Below, one piece after another: positions 40,484-53,270 of a DNA stretch of 62,594 bases. The translations under genes and the position numbers were made by a program. Source of the stretch: Girardia tigrina (taxonomy: Eukaryota); NCBI GenBank assembly GCA_001938485.1, contig MQRK01245013.1, forward strand, positions 1 through 62,594, in the 5' to 3' direction. A model generated the notes under the pieces. It worked only from the letters and a program-made list of their open reading frames with translations, ran no database searches and was not told the DNA's origin. Within the stretch, counting starts at the first letter, position 1. Each line of letters starts with the position of its first letter.

Positions 40484-40950
40484 ATGCCGAAAGATTTAAA
40501 AAAATAAAAGCAACAAGGCTTTAAAGTCGGGAAAAATTCATGAAGCTATAAAATATTATTCGGATGCTATTAAAATTAATGCAGAAGAATGCATTAAATT
40601 TCAATCTGATTGGGCCAAAGGATGTTCTTGCACAGCTGCCGCCTTAGAATTCCTGGGACGATTTGATGAAGCAATTTTAGTGTATGAACACGTCTTATCA
40701 CTCGAACTGGATAATGAATACGTGTCTAAAAATCTCATGGACTTACGAAATCGAATCACTGAAGGTGGCGATCAGCGTTGGTTTTCATCGACCTCAATCT
40801 TTAATGTCGCTGGCTTTATGCAGAAGCTAGAAAATCATCCTCGAACTCGTGCATATCTCAATGATCCGGTATTTAAAACGAAAATGTAAATGATGAAAAC
40901 CAGTTCGAATTTAATCAATATGATGCTATAAGACAAACAAATTATGAATA
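40484..40950 (+). pseudogene. STIP1: STI1/HOP co-chaperone 5' fragment (TPR1-DP1), with internal deletion, frameshift and stop
   Basis: KSNKALKSG..EAIKYYSDAIK//DWAKG.S..AAALEFLGRFDEA ... LENHPRTRAYLNDP. The NHVLYSNRSAA segment is missing. Confidence 0.85.
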
Positions 40951-41129
40951 CTACTGAAGTTAGATTGAGAGGGCAATCCCGAAATGACGCTCCAACGTTC
41001 CGGAAGTCGGCAAAGTCCGGGTATGATAACCTCTTTTTCCTCCTAGCAACCCGTATTCCACCTCCCAACGCTAGCGCGCCGCAGCCACCAAACCGTTGCG
41101 TCTGCTTTGTTATCACTTATAATTAACAT

Positions 41130-42230
41130 AATGTGCAAATTTGCACAAAATGCACATCGATTTAAAAGGCACAATTAAGCAGAATATCAAAAAAGTGCTG
41201 ATGCACTTGAATAGAATAGATGTTTTTGTTTTTATTTCTTTCCATATCTGGAATTCCGAATTGAGAACCAGTTGCTGTTGCCTCACCAAAATTTCATCGA
41301 AGCTGTTTCTAGATGGTGGCAGAGCAACATGATCATGTTCGCTGCGTGGTTACGTCGTACACGCCTGTTCTGGGTTGTAAGTGTTCCCATTCATTGTCTC
41401 CGCGACTGGTTCCTTTATGAGATGAATTTCCTTCAGCTCGTCCTGAGCCTGTTGATATAATTGGGCTTTTTTTCCTTTGTTCCCGACGCTTTTGAGCTCG
41501 GCTGATAGTACTGGGGCAGGACAATATCATGTCGTCTTTTGTAGTTGACCGATAAATCAATCTACTCGACGTGGGGGTCTAATAACCCCATTCTCAGATA
41601 GTTTCTTTTTAATCTCATTAGCTGCCTCGATGATGATCTCAGGGTACTCCTGAGAAACAAGATCGACAATTTTTCGTCGATAATTATTGATGTTTTGTTG
41701 AATGCGGATATCTGTAATCTCCATTTGAAGAGATCTGACTTTCCTCTGGGCCTTTAAACACTTCTCTACGGTTGGTCTGTACACCAACAAAGGAACGGAG
41801 TTTCTTCTGTATTCTTCCAATTCTAATACTGCCTCTGTAAGATTGGCCTTTACCTTTCTGTATTTTTTCTTCCATTCTCCCAGCTCCTGGAAAAGGTTTT
41901 GTTTGTTTTCCATTGTTTTATTTTGGTTTTCTGGAATGATAAAATGATGACGACGGTTAAGAAAAAGAAAAATTCAAAAACTGAGCTGGATGGAGGTTGG
42001 ATATTCGGTTTAATATTTAATTTTCGACAAACGTTCTGGGTGTTTTATCGGAGCTTTACCTCCTCTTCTGCTGTCGGATCGTCACCAGTCACGAAAGGCA
42101 CTATGAGCACCTGCCGCTATCTATCAACAGATCTGCGGCCACCATTTTCTCCAAGTCTGTCTTCTCCAGCCATCCCAAAGAAAAGAAAAGAAAAAAAACT
42201 TTTTTCTTACCTAAAAAATTAATAACAAAT
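41130..42230 (-). other. Probable retroelement-derived region with an orphan coiled-coil ORF (41557-41913)
   Basis: 118-aa ATG ORF, helical and charged, lying among Gypsy remnants. No recognisable domain. Confidence 0.35.
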
Positions 42231-42670
42231 TTGTAAAAGTATTTATTAATTTAATCTTTCTAATATAAACTCGTCAATTTATACACGACTGAAGAACAAA
42301 ATAAATGACATTGAACAAAATACCACACACAAAGGACTTCCATCAAAATACAAAACGGTACACTCGTTATCTCATTATGATAGAAGTCTTAAAGAAAAAA
42401 TAACAGACCTCACACAGGGAGGCTTCCATCAAAACACAAAACAATACGCGAGGTATCGGTACCATGATGAAAATCCCGAGACCACCCAAGGAAAAACAAA
42501 TGATCAACAAACAAAACAATCAAACTTTGATTAATCGGTTTTGTCAATTAATGATTTTTTTGACAAATTAATTAATTAATAATTGTACTTTATTTTTTAG
42601 ATTCCAGAAGATTTCCGACCACCCCAAGCCGAACCCAGGAAAGGTCTCCAACCGCCTTCGCGCCTACGCT

Positions 42671-42960
42671 ATGAACGGGCCCTACTTCGAAAGGAGACCG
42701 ATCCCAACACATGATTTCAGCAGAGAGAAAGTTGCAAAGGAAAATTGGGTAATAGTCAAGGTAGATGCCAGAAATAATGGAAAAGAACAAAACCAAAGAC
42801 CACACACAGTTGTTGCAAAAATACATGATCAAAGATATGTATTTCAAAAGAGGATAGCAAGAAAGTCGACCGAGGTATGGGGAAGCTATCTAAATGTTTT
42901 GAAGGGAATGTAAGAAAGTTAAATATTAAAAAAATATTTTGTAATAATTTAATTAAATAA
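42671..42960 (+). mobile_element. Gypsy integrase 3' end, PPT and LTR start
   Basis: NWVIVKVDAR..QRPHTVVAKI (GPY/F-like), then GAAGGGAA followed by TGTAAG. Confidence 0.55.
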
Positions 42961-43199
42961 TTTTATTTTTTGAAAACAATTCTTTTACTTTTAATTTCAA
43001 ATAGAAGATAATAATTATCTGGAAATCGACTCAGTTAACAAGATCATTATAATTGAATGTTTTTTCTGCTTTATCAAAAGGTAATAATATTGCTTAACAC
43101 TTTGGGTTAATTGTTAAATAAGTTATGATGTGCTACTTATATTGATGTTTGCCTAGAATCATTATTAGTTTATTTAGAAATAAAGCTTGATCCAGACTT

Positions 43200-44766
43200 G
43201 ATTCTCGTGATAAATAAGTAACAGAAAGAACATTTGTACCGAAAACCTTTTAGAAGATGGTTAACTTTTCATAACATTATTCTCGCATCTAAACTTGATA
43301 AGAATAATTTTTATCAAATATTATTAGGTTGTCAAGTCAATGTAAAACCACATACTGCTCTTAAGACTGTGACAAAACTAAAGGAATTTAAGTTGGAACC
43401 ACTGCATCATCGTTAGAGGTGGGCACGTTTCGTGTTTAAACGTTTTCGATTTTTAAGACGTTTAAACGTTTAGCGATTTATAAACGAGCGTATAGTTCTG
43501 AAGTTCGTATTTCAAACTCACGATATGGGTTATAATTTTTTGAGACTTTTATCACACTACCTAAGGCCTATTCATTTGTAAAGAACACATTGTCCCAATC
43601 TATTGAGCTTTTTCGTGGGACTATAAATACAAAATATGAAAAGTGGCATTAATATCATATTTGAGAATTGCATCAAAATTTACAGTAAATTTTTTTGTTA
43701 GACGTAAAATTATTTAAATTACATTTGTTGATTTTCTAAATTTTTTCGAGTAAAGTTTTAAAAACGAGATGCATTGTATTGAAGAAAAGGTATTGGTTTT
43801 TGATGAAGCTTATAATTAAAATTTTAAACGTTTAATTTGCTAAACGAAGACCGTTTAAACGTTTAAAAAAATTTTAAAACGTGCCCAAGTCTAATCATCG
43901 TCCATATTCTCCAGACCTAGTCCCAACTGGTTATCACTTCTTCCTCAATTTGAACAAACTTTTAAAGGTCAAAATTCAATTCCGAAGATTGAATTTTTAA
44001 ATTATATTTCAGGAATTTATAGATTCTCGCTCATAAATTTTTATGCATGTGAGAAGTTGTTGCAACCTCTATATCAGAATTCATTTTTTTAAACACCAAA
44101 ATTTATTTTTATAACAATTCACATCTTTAAAACAAATTTTCCTGTTAATTTAATTTAATTATCTCGACCCAAATTAATCTATTAAATTCTTTTCGATTTA
44201 ATTTTTAAAATCCTGAAAATTTATTTCGAAAATTATTTAAACTTTATTTTCAAAATTTATTTCAAAGTTTTTTAAAATTACTTATTAAAAATATTTTTAT
44301 TAATAAATAAATATTTAATATTTTTGTTTTCTTTATATTTTTAATTTTAAGATATTTAATAGATACATTAAAAGATATTTTTTATTTTTAAATAGATATT
44401 TTATTTTTTATGATTTTACTTTTATTATATCATTTTTAATTTTTTAAAATATTTAAGAACACATTAAAAAATATTTTATTTTTAAAAACGTTTTTGATTT
44501 TTAATAGTTGTTTTATTATATAATTTTTAATTTTAAAATATTGAATAATCATATTAACATAAAAATATTTTACCCTTTAAATTAAAAAAATAATAAATTA
44601 TTCAGGCGAGATAAAAATTTAAATTAACCCCTCATAATTCAAATGGCCTCAACAAGCTGCTGCTAAAATTGCAAGGGTGTCAATAATATGGGTACATACT
44701 TTGATGAATGACATAAATAGTTGTATTGGTTAATTATCAACAAATTTCATACTTGACGACCTAATA
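43200..44766 (+). mobile_element. Old mariner remnant broken by nested insertions
   Basis: KPHTALKTVTKL..LHH[MITE]PYSPDLVPTGYHFF. The 3' end CATACTTGACGACCTAATA is related to 59770-60361. Confidence 0.7.
43414..43893. mobile_element. hAT-type MITE (480 bp)
   Basis: TIRs TAGAGGTGGGCACGTTT / AAACGTGCCCAAGTCTA with a perfect 8-bp TSD ATCATCGT. Confidence 0.9.
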
Positions 44767-44775
44767 ATTCGTTAA

Positions 44776-44836
44776 CCCTTTGAATGCGTAAATCGACTAT
44801 AGTCACCAGGATTTAATGTTTAACGCGTTCAAAGAA
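44776..44836. mobile_element. Tiny piggyBac-type MITE (61 bp)
   Basis: TTAA|CCCTTTGAATGCG...CGCGTTCAAAGAA|TTAA. Confidence 0.6.
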
Positions 44837-45344
44837 TTAAGACAACATTCCAAATACACAAAAATCGAATTTTACAATTGTTCAATTTGAAAATGAAAAA
44901 AAATCTTTGTTTTAATATAATACGATGATCAAAACAAAATAAGTATAAAGAAAAGAAATTAATTAATATTTGAATTTATATCCAAATAAAATTTACGTTC
45001 ATCAAAGAAAGTGATCAAAACGATATCAATAATATAGAAGCCATAGAATTTTTTGTTTTGTAAAATACATGAAATAAAAATTAAAATAAAAATATTTTCA
45101 AAATAAATAATCAAATGAATTGTAAATAAATGTGAATTATTTGGTTATGGATACAGAGACCGAGAAAGTGAGAGAGAGAGACATATAGATATAGATACAA
45201 ATAGAGAGAGAGGGACATAGAAACCAGAGAGATATAGATATAAAGATTTTTTTTATAATAAAAGAATTTTGGTCACAAAATGTGTGATCAGGAAAGAATT
45301 TCATGTCGAGAAAGAGCGAGGAAAAGCGAGAGATTATCGAAAAA

Positions 45345-47230
45345 TCAGCGATTTAGAAATTCTCGAATATTTTCGATTCCCTTAATCGAACAACAACAGT
45401 TCGCGCTGGCCGGCATAAATAACTGTTGCACGGACACCCACAAATTCGTCAAACTCGGTTGCCATTTTTCCACCAGGGCTATCGTCGAATTGGTCTCATC
45501 ACTCCAACCGCCCATCACGTAAATTTCGTCCTCTAGTACCGCTAGACAAAAGTTGCTTCTTTGCCTAATCATCGGAGGCATTGTTTGCCATCGATTAGTA
45601 ACCGGATCGTATCTTTCCACGGTTCTCAAACGCTGCAGTCCGTCGTTTCCTCCGATAGCGAACAAAAACTGTTTATGGGTGACAACACTTACACCGCTCC
45701 TGATATTCCCCATGGGGGCCACTGTCGTCCACTGATCGACTTTCGGGTCATACACCTCCACTGACGCATAGAAATGATGCCCGTCAAACCCTCCACAAAC
45801 GTACAACTTCCCCAACAGCGAGTCGCACCCGGCGTCACTCCTAACCTGTCTCATCGGCGACACAAACGACCAATGGTTCTGAAACGGATCATATCTCTCC
45901 ACGGAACTCAATCGATTTCTTCCATTATGACCGCCGATTGCGTAAATAAAATCGTCCAACAGACACGTCGTGATGTAGTTTCGTTTCTCGTGCATTGGCG
46001 ACAGATATTTCCATTGTTTCGAGACGAGATCGAACATTTTCAGAGTTTGAGTCGGTCCCGACGACACGTAGCCCCCAATCACGTACACCTTGTTCCTGTG
46101 TAAAATGCAACCAGAATACGCGTGCCCCTCGTCCAGACCCATGTTCTCCCCTACGATTCTTATCCAATTATTAGCGCGATTGTCGTACACTTGAATGGCT
46201 CGCGAAGGACCGAAATTCGGGTCGTCCTGATTGCCCTCCCATCCGCCCACGACGACAATCGCTTCTCGAGGCAATCTCGGTCGATGGAGATAAGCGAGCG
46301 TGTCATTTGATGTCGCAGAAGACGACACGCTCGAATTGACCTCCTCGGGAGTCATTCTCGCCAGCGCCAACAGATTACTGCAATCCTTCCAGCATTTCAC
46401 GACAAAGCGGTTGTTGAACACGCGATTCAAGTCCTCAAAACTCAGTCGGCCCAGACGCAAACAACCGATCAGATCGGCGCAGTGTTTTTGCCGGTCGGGA
46501 AAATCGTGATCGATCCACCGATCAACCAACGCCAACAACTTAATTTCGTCTTTGATATTCAAATAATCGTGTCTCAAGAACGATTTCAGATAATCGATAT
46601 TTAATTGTAGAATTTGATCGGAGAAAATTGCTGATGGGAAGTTTTCGAGAATGAACTGCTCGACGAACCTGTTGAGATCGGGGAAATCGGCGACCAGTTC
46701 AATGGAAATGTTCCAGTATTCCCAACAGTTTTCGTAGTTGATACTCGTTTGGATTTGCGTCATACAAAATTCCAAAACCGACGCGACTTTGAAGTGTAAT
46801 CCGGCTTTGAGGATCGAGACGGCGTTGGCGGTCGTTATCTTGAGGTTCGGGTGGTGGAAGTCGTCTTGACAGTGGATGAAGGACAGAATGTACTCTAAAC
46901 CGACCGTATCGCCATAATTCACTTTTATCCTATCATTATCGATTTCGCTGAGGCTTCTAGTGCGAGATCTTTGTGGCGGATTGGGGCTGATCTGAACGCT
47001 CGGCTCCTCTTTCGATTTCTGTTTGAATCGCTCTAACTCTTTGATTCTGATCTCTTTCAATTGATTGCAGAAATATTCGCTCGCTCTCGCCAATTTGAAC
47101 CCACTCACTTTATGCTCATGGTCTTTTCCGAGAATGATCGTTCGATCCAGCAAGTACTCAGGAAATGAGCTAACGAAACAGCAATTGATCATCAGACTCA
47201 CAATTCCCCATCACAACATGACAATGACAT
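45345..47230 (-). CDS. Kelch-like protein (BTB-BACK-Kelch, KLHL10-like)
   Basis: Intact ~618-aa ORF with BTB (LARASEYF), BACK and six GG-Y-W kelch repeats. A possible short first exon at 47202-47230. Confidence 0.93.
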
Positions 47231-47400
47231 TTTGTTTCAAATAATTCATTAAATAAATCGATTGAAAATTGATTAATTTCTCTTTTTGAATTTTTATAAA
47301 ATTTGTCGATTAAAAAATTTTAATTTTTATATTTCTGTATGAGATGATATTTAATTATTTTGTATTTTTAATTACCTCAATATGAATTTTATTCTTTTTA

Positions 47401-48818
47401 CAGGGTTTGTCAGCACATTTCAGAATGACACCATCACATTTAAGATTTTTGTAAATCAATTTAAGAATTTTGTAAATCAGTTTAAGAATTTTGTATTTCC
47501 ATTTAAGAAATTCGTCAATTCATTTATGACTTTGTGTAAATATTGCGAAANNNNNNNNNNNNNNNNNNNNNNNNNNNNNNNNNNNNNNNNNNNNNNNNNN
47601 NNNNNNNNNNNNNNNNNNNNNNNNNNNNNNNNNNNNNNNNNNNNNNNNNNNNNNNNNNNNNNNNNNNNNNNNNNNNNNNNNNNNNNNNNNNNNNNNNNNN
47701 NNNNNNNNNNNNNNNNNNNNNNNNNNNNNNNNNNNNNNNNNNNNNNNNNNNNNNNNNNNNNNNNNNTTTCCATTTCGAAAACATATTTTCAATCGGATTG
47801 AGGAATGGCGAATACGGTGGCAAAAACATCAATTCGCATATATTTGCATCCACATGCATTGCTAAAAATTTGTCTTTTATGGATTAGTGCTTGTGAAATC
47901 GGACATTATCCATAATGACCACAGAACGACAGATATGTTCATCTTTGATATACTGTAAAATTTCATCGATGAAATTAGCAAAGGTTGCTGTGTTGAACGC
48001 CGATGTTTGGGTCACATATTTTACTATTCCACCCTTATTCATTGCGCAACATACAGAAATATTCCTTGATCTAAGGCAATTCACGTTATGTACAGCTGGT
48101 GATCCAGCTAAAGATCGTCCTCTTTTACTTCTAATAGAAACATTAAAATCAACTTCATCAACGAAAAATAAATTATTTTCATCAAGATTGGATAAAATGT
48201 CCATGAATTTAATCGCATAATCGTATCTTTCATTCAAGGACTTCTCATCATTTCTACGTTCAGGGATTAATGTTGCAGACTTTAAGGTATAATTAAAGCA
48301 ACCAATATATCTGTCAATTGTTTTCAGACAGNNNNNNNNNNNNNNNNNNNNNNNNNNNNNNNNNNNNNNNNNNNNNNNNNNNNNNNNNNNNNNNNNNNNN
48401 NNNNNNNNNNNNNNNNNNNNNNNNNNNNNNNNNNNNNNNNNNNNNNNNNNNNNNNNNNNNNNNNNNNNNNNNNNNNNNNNNNNNNNNNNNNNNNNNNNNN
48501 NNNNNACTGTTTTATACTTCAAATTAAGAATTGAAGCAATTTCGATAACTGAATGGTTCGTCATATACGAGTCAATAATCATTTTCCTTATTTCATTACA
48601 AACTGCCATATCTAAAGAAAATATGTATGTAGTAAAAAATAAAAAACAGTTTACTCTACTTTAAAAATTTAAATAATTATAATTGTAAACTAAATGTATA
48701 TTTAAACAAATTCCTAAATTGACTTACAAAATTCTTAAATTGATTGTCAAAATTCTTAAACGAATTTACAAATTCTGACGTTGAATTACAATTTTCTGAA
48801 ATGTGCTGACAAACCCTG
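47401..48818 (-). mobile_element. IS630/Tc1-superfamily (DDE) transposon, defective
   Basis: TIRs CAGGGTTTGTCAGCACATTTCAGAA with TA TSD. FVDE, IMDNVRFH and LPPYSPFLNPIE motifs with an in-frame stop, plus ~21-bp subterminal repeats. Confidence 0.93.
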
Positions 48819-49199
48819 TATTATGATATAAACATCAAATTGTAAAATGATGGATAATACACATTTATTTGCAGTTATATATTATAATATTCGTTATAAA
48901 TTATTATCAAAGTTGGTAAAACTTCGCTTTTATATTTAAAATATAAATTTCTTTGAAAAATTCCGTTTATATATATAATTTTAATTTGCAGAAATTCTTC
49001 ATTTTTTAAATCACAAAAGGTCAATACACATTTGTTGTGTTGCGCTTATTTTATGGATTTTATTTATTATTGTATTTTTATTATTCAATTTTTATTGTGT
49101 TATTCAATTTTATTAATAATTGTTTTTGTTTAAATTTGTATAATTAGTTTCCTTTTTTATTCTTTTTATCAAAATTGTAGTCAGTGTTTTTTATTAAAA

Positions 49200-49912
49200 A
49201 ACTCATAACATTATGCATGTCAAATATGGGCCAACTACTGAACCCAAAGAAAGATTACTGGCATATCAGACGCATTCGGTCTGTTTCTAACAAAACAATG
49301 ATTGAAGCCATTGTCAAACATACGAATTCAGAGGGTCTGAAAACGAGGAATAATTGGAATTTGACAACCTAAGATTAAATACAAACGTTTATTGATCTAT
49401 TCATTTTTGCTGGAGTGTTTCGCTCCAATTATGAGTCACTTCTGAGCCTTTGTAGCACAGAAATTGGCCGCCCAATTTTTCGTAGCAAAAAATCTTGCAC
49501 AAAAGGTTGTCGAAGACCTCATAGTACCTGTGACAAATTCAGGAAGAAATCTCACAACAGATAATTTCTACACAAGCCTACCTCTAGCGAGCGACTTGAA
49601 AAGAAAAGGCATCAGCTTTGTGGGCACTATTAGAAAGCACAAGCGAGAGATCCCTGCAGCTGCTTTAGAAGTCAAGGAAAGAGGTATTGGCTCGAGTCAT
49701 TTTTTCTACAAACCAGAGGCAACATTGGTATCCTTTATGCCAAAAAGAACAAGGTAAACACTAAAAGGCTTTATTTGTAATCCAATCTTCTGTAAATGGG
49801 TGGAACCAGTAAATAGAATTGTAAATCATAATTTGCATTAGGTTGTCTTGCTGCTCAGTACCCAGCATGTTGGACAAGGAGAAGTCGACGACACTACAAA
49901 AAAACCTGATAT
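49200..49912 (+). mobile_element. piggyBac transposase fragment containing an intron
   Basis: GRNLTTDNFYTSLPLA...VGTIRKHKREIP, continuing as VVLLLSTQH...KKPDIV after a GT-AG interval at 49754-49841. Confidence 0.85.
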
Positions 49913-49919
49913 AGTCCCC

Positions 49920-51030
49920 CCAACTTAATAAAAATTCACAATGCCACAATAAAAAACTTCATAAATAACATAACCACCTCTTTAATAGAAAATGTATTAT
50001 TCTGTTTCTTGTAAATTTAATATCAGGCAAACAACCTTTCTAATTCTTTAGCAAAAACAAAGAAACATTAGCTAAATTGACAATATTTGCAACCTTTACT
50101 TTGAACCCGATTCTATTTCCAACCATTGCACCAGCAAAATCTGTATATACTCCAGTACTAATAATCCAAGACACATTATTCTCATTAAAAATAATCTATT
50201 AAATTGAAGATTTCATTGCCAGTCGCTTGACCTTCCATAGCTTGACAAAATAACATTTCCTCTACAAATCTATTTTCTTTGACATGCCTGACATATACTA
50301 TGAATTGCACTATATACTTTATATCTGTATTTTGTTAAGTTGAATAGTAAATTGAACAGATTCTTGTATTTGGCTGTTTTTTATGACATTTGAAAGTTCA
50401 ACAATTCTTCTTTTATCCGTATCACGAAATAATGGTATTTTTCTCAAACTTTCGGCATATTATTTAACGTGCAATATTTTCCCCATTTTAATTGCCGCAG
50501 GTCATTCTAATTTTTCAGCGATATTATACGAATTCATTGACAATTCTTGGCAATCATCAAGATACTTCAAAGGATGCTCTCTAAGCGTTTGATGAAACTG
50601 TTACATATTTTGTCAGGAATTTAGTCTTATCAGTTTGATTTTTTCAAATCGTTTGAAGAAATCTTTCTTTTTACATATTCATGGTGCTTTGTGCTTAAAT
50701 GTTGCTTGAGTTTAACTGTCTTCAAAATTTCATTTGCTAAAATTTCGGAACAAAATGCACAAATTGGCAGTTGAGTATCATTAACTATGGAGAAAAAAAC
50801 CATAGTTAAGAAATTCTTCGTTATATTTTTGTTTTCTTGTATATTGTAATTTTTTACTACAGGATTATGAATTCTTTGGGTTCCCATTCCTTGTAGACTA
50901 TTCGCATATGTATTGCTATTTTCATTCTGTTCTAGCACTTTTTTCTCACAGCTACTGTAATTACATATCTGATATTGAATCTGTCGGTCTTTTAGCTCCA
51001 CTCTTTATAAGCCACTTATCCATTTTACTG
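49920..51030 (-). mobile_element. Degenerate hAT (Charlie/Buster-like) transposase
   Basis: MDKWL start and BED-like PICAFCSEILANE..KLKQHLSTKH. Confidence 0.8.
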
Positions 51031-53270
51031 GGAGTTAAATATTTATAAATCAGTAATTCGATTTTTGAGTATTCTTGTAATTTTTTAATGTAATTACATA
51101 CAAAACATTCCCTTTGAAATTTAAATTCTGTGTAATCAGTTAAAATCACATATTTAAACAAATTATATTATCTGAATTAAATAAAACATTAATACATGTA
51201 AGTCTTCCATTAGATGTTTCATTAATTTAATTAATTTAATAAAAATATGAAATAAAAATGTAAGTATATTTAAGTTGTTGTAAGTATTTAAATTTGTTGT
51301 CTATCTGGTGTTTATTAAATTTAACAAAAAGAAATTCAAGTGATTTTATAAAATTATATTTTCGTATATTTATATATATTACAATCAGTCAAAATAAAAA
51401 CATTAACATATTTATGGCCCCTGGCCGATTTTTTATTTCAGTTACCGAGAGCCTTAACGACAACTCGGATTTTCTATTTTATTTTAAATAAGGATCACAC
51501 TTTTCATCGTGTTATAATAAAAAATATGGAAAATTTAAATACGATTCTATTTAGTTACTTTAGATTTTCAAATCAAATCTTGAGTCATCAATTTAGTTAT
51601 CAATCTATCTCTTTTTTATTTTCAATAATTTTCAATTGTTAATTTATACCACTCTTACTGACCGGGAGATAATCAATAGTTTGGACTTGTCTTATATATT
51701 ATAGATTGACTTATATATTATAGTTAAGTTATTTTATTTAACTTTATTTATTATTTCATTTATTTATTTACTAATTTGTTGTAATCAATCTACTTTATTT
51801 TTTCTTTTATCTACTTAAACTTTCTTTATTCTTTTTATTTATTTATATAGAAAATATAAGTTAGTATTTAGAAATATAAACTGTTCAGATTTATACTTTA
51901 TTTATTTTTATATAGGGTTTTTCGATCTATTTTCCAATACTAGCTATAATTTCTCCAATCTTAGCAATCAATTTTCCAACGAAGGTTACATAATTGTCTT
52001 TTTTTAATTTCCTTGCAATCATTTTCCAACATTTGCAATCAATTTTCAAATTATTGCAATAATTTTTCCACTGATATAATTTTAATCAATAAAAATTAAT
52101 AAAATCAAAATTGTTTAAAAATGTTTTTTGATTTTTTATACATGAAAATTATAATAGAAGTAACTACAAAATTATTATGAAATTCCATTATATCAATAAC
52201 ATCTCTAACATCAATAAAATTAAATAAATCAATAACATCAGAATTAACAATACAAAGTATATATAATATAGGGTTTTTCGATCTATTTTCCAATACTTGC
52301 AATCATTTTTCCAATCTTCGCAATCAATTTTCCAACGAAAGTTTCACAATCAAATTTTTAAATTTTAAATGAATAAATTAATTAATTTTAAATTTAATTT
52401 AAAATAAATATATAAATTCATTTTGGATTTAATCATTAATTTTGACATTGTTTAATAATAAAATAAGTAATTGAAAGCGGTGTTTTAATTTAGTATTAAT
52501 TAAAATTCTTTGGGTTTGCGGAATTTGAAAATGAAGAACCGTACATCTGAGTATCGTAAAACCGATGCTTTTTTTCAAAAAAGTCAAAGCAATCAATTGA
52601 AAAAGAACCAGTTGAACTCATTCAAATAATTGCTAGCACTTCAAGCTCAAGTTTTATAATTCCTAAGAAAACAGTGCTGCCCTCACCAGACGAAATCGTA
52701 TGTACGCCCATGAGCCTGTATATTTTTTTGCAGAAATTTGCAGTTGCCCTCTTATTATTATACATTTTTATAAAATAAATAGAAAACAAAGTAAATTCAA
52801 ATATAAAATTTTTTACTCGTCATAACTTTATGCAGCTCCACTATATTTTTAAAATGAATATATTTTTTGATTCCTTATTATTTACAGTATATTTGGTTAT
52901 ATTATCAGCATAATTTCATAATATAACCGTCACATTTTAAAAAGATAATATTACACTTTCATTCGCTTTTATAAATTATTTACAATATAATATTCTCTTT
53001 ATATATAAACAATTACATGTGTAAATGAAAACTTTCATTATAATCTATAAAATATTAATTTTTATCACAATAACCTGTTTTTATGTATAAATTACTAGTT
53101 TTCATTAAGTCTTCTATAAGTTTTATAATCTGGCTTAGAAGAAGCATAGCTCCTTCTCGAAGAAAACTTTCAGTTTTAATTTTACAGCGCCAACATTGTA
53201 AATTCAAATTCAAAGAAAATTCAATTGCGTACAAAGAGCTTGAACACTGCAATTGTAAGTTTACAAGAGT

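Noticed and set aside
45280-46509. Several + strand ORFs
   Set aside because: Antisense shadows of the Kelch CDS.
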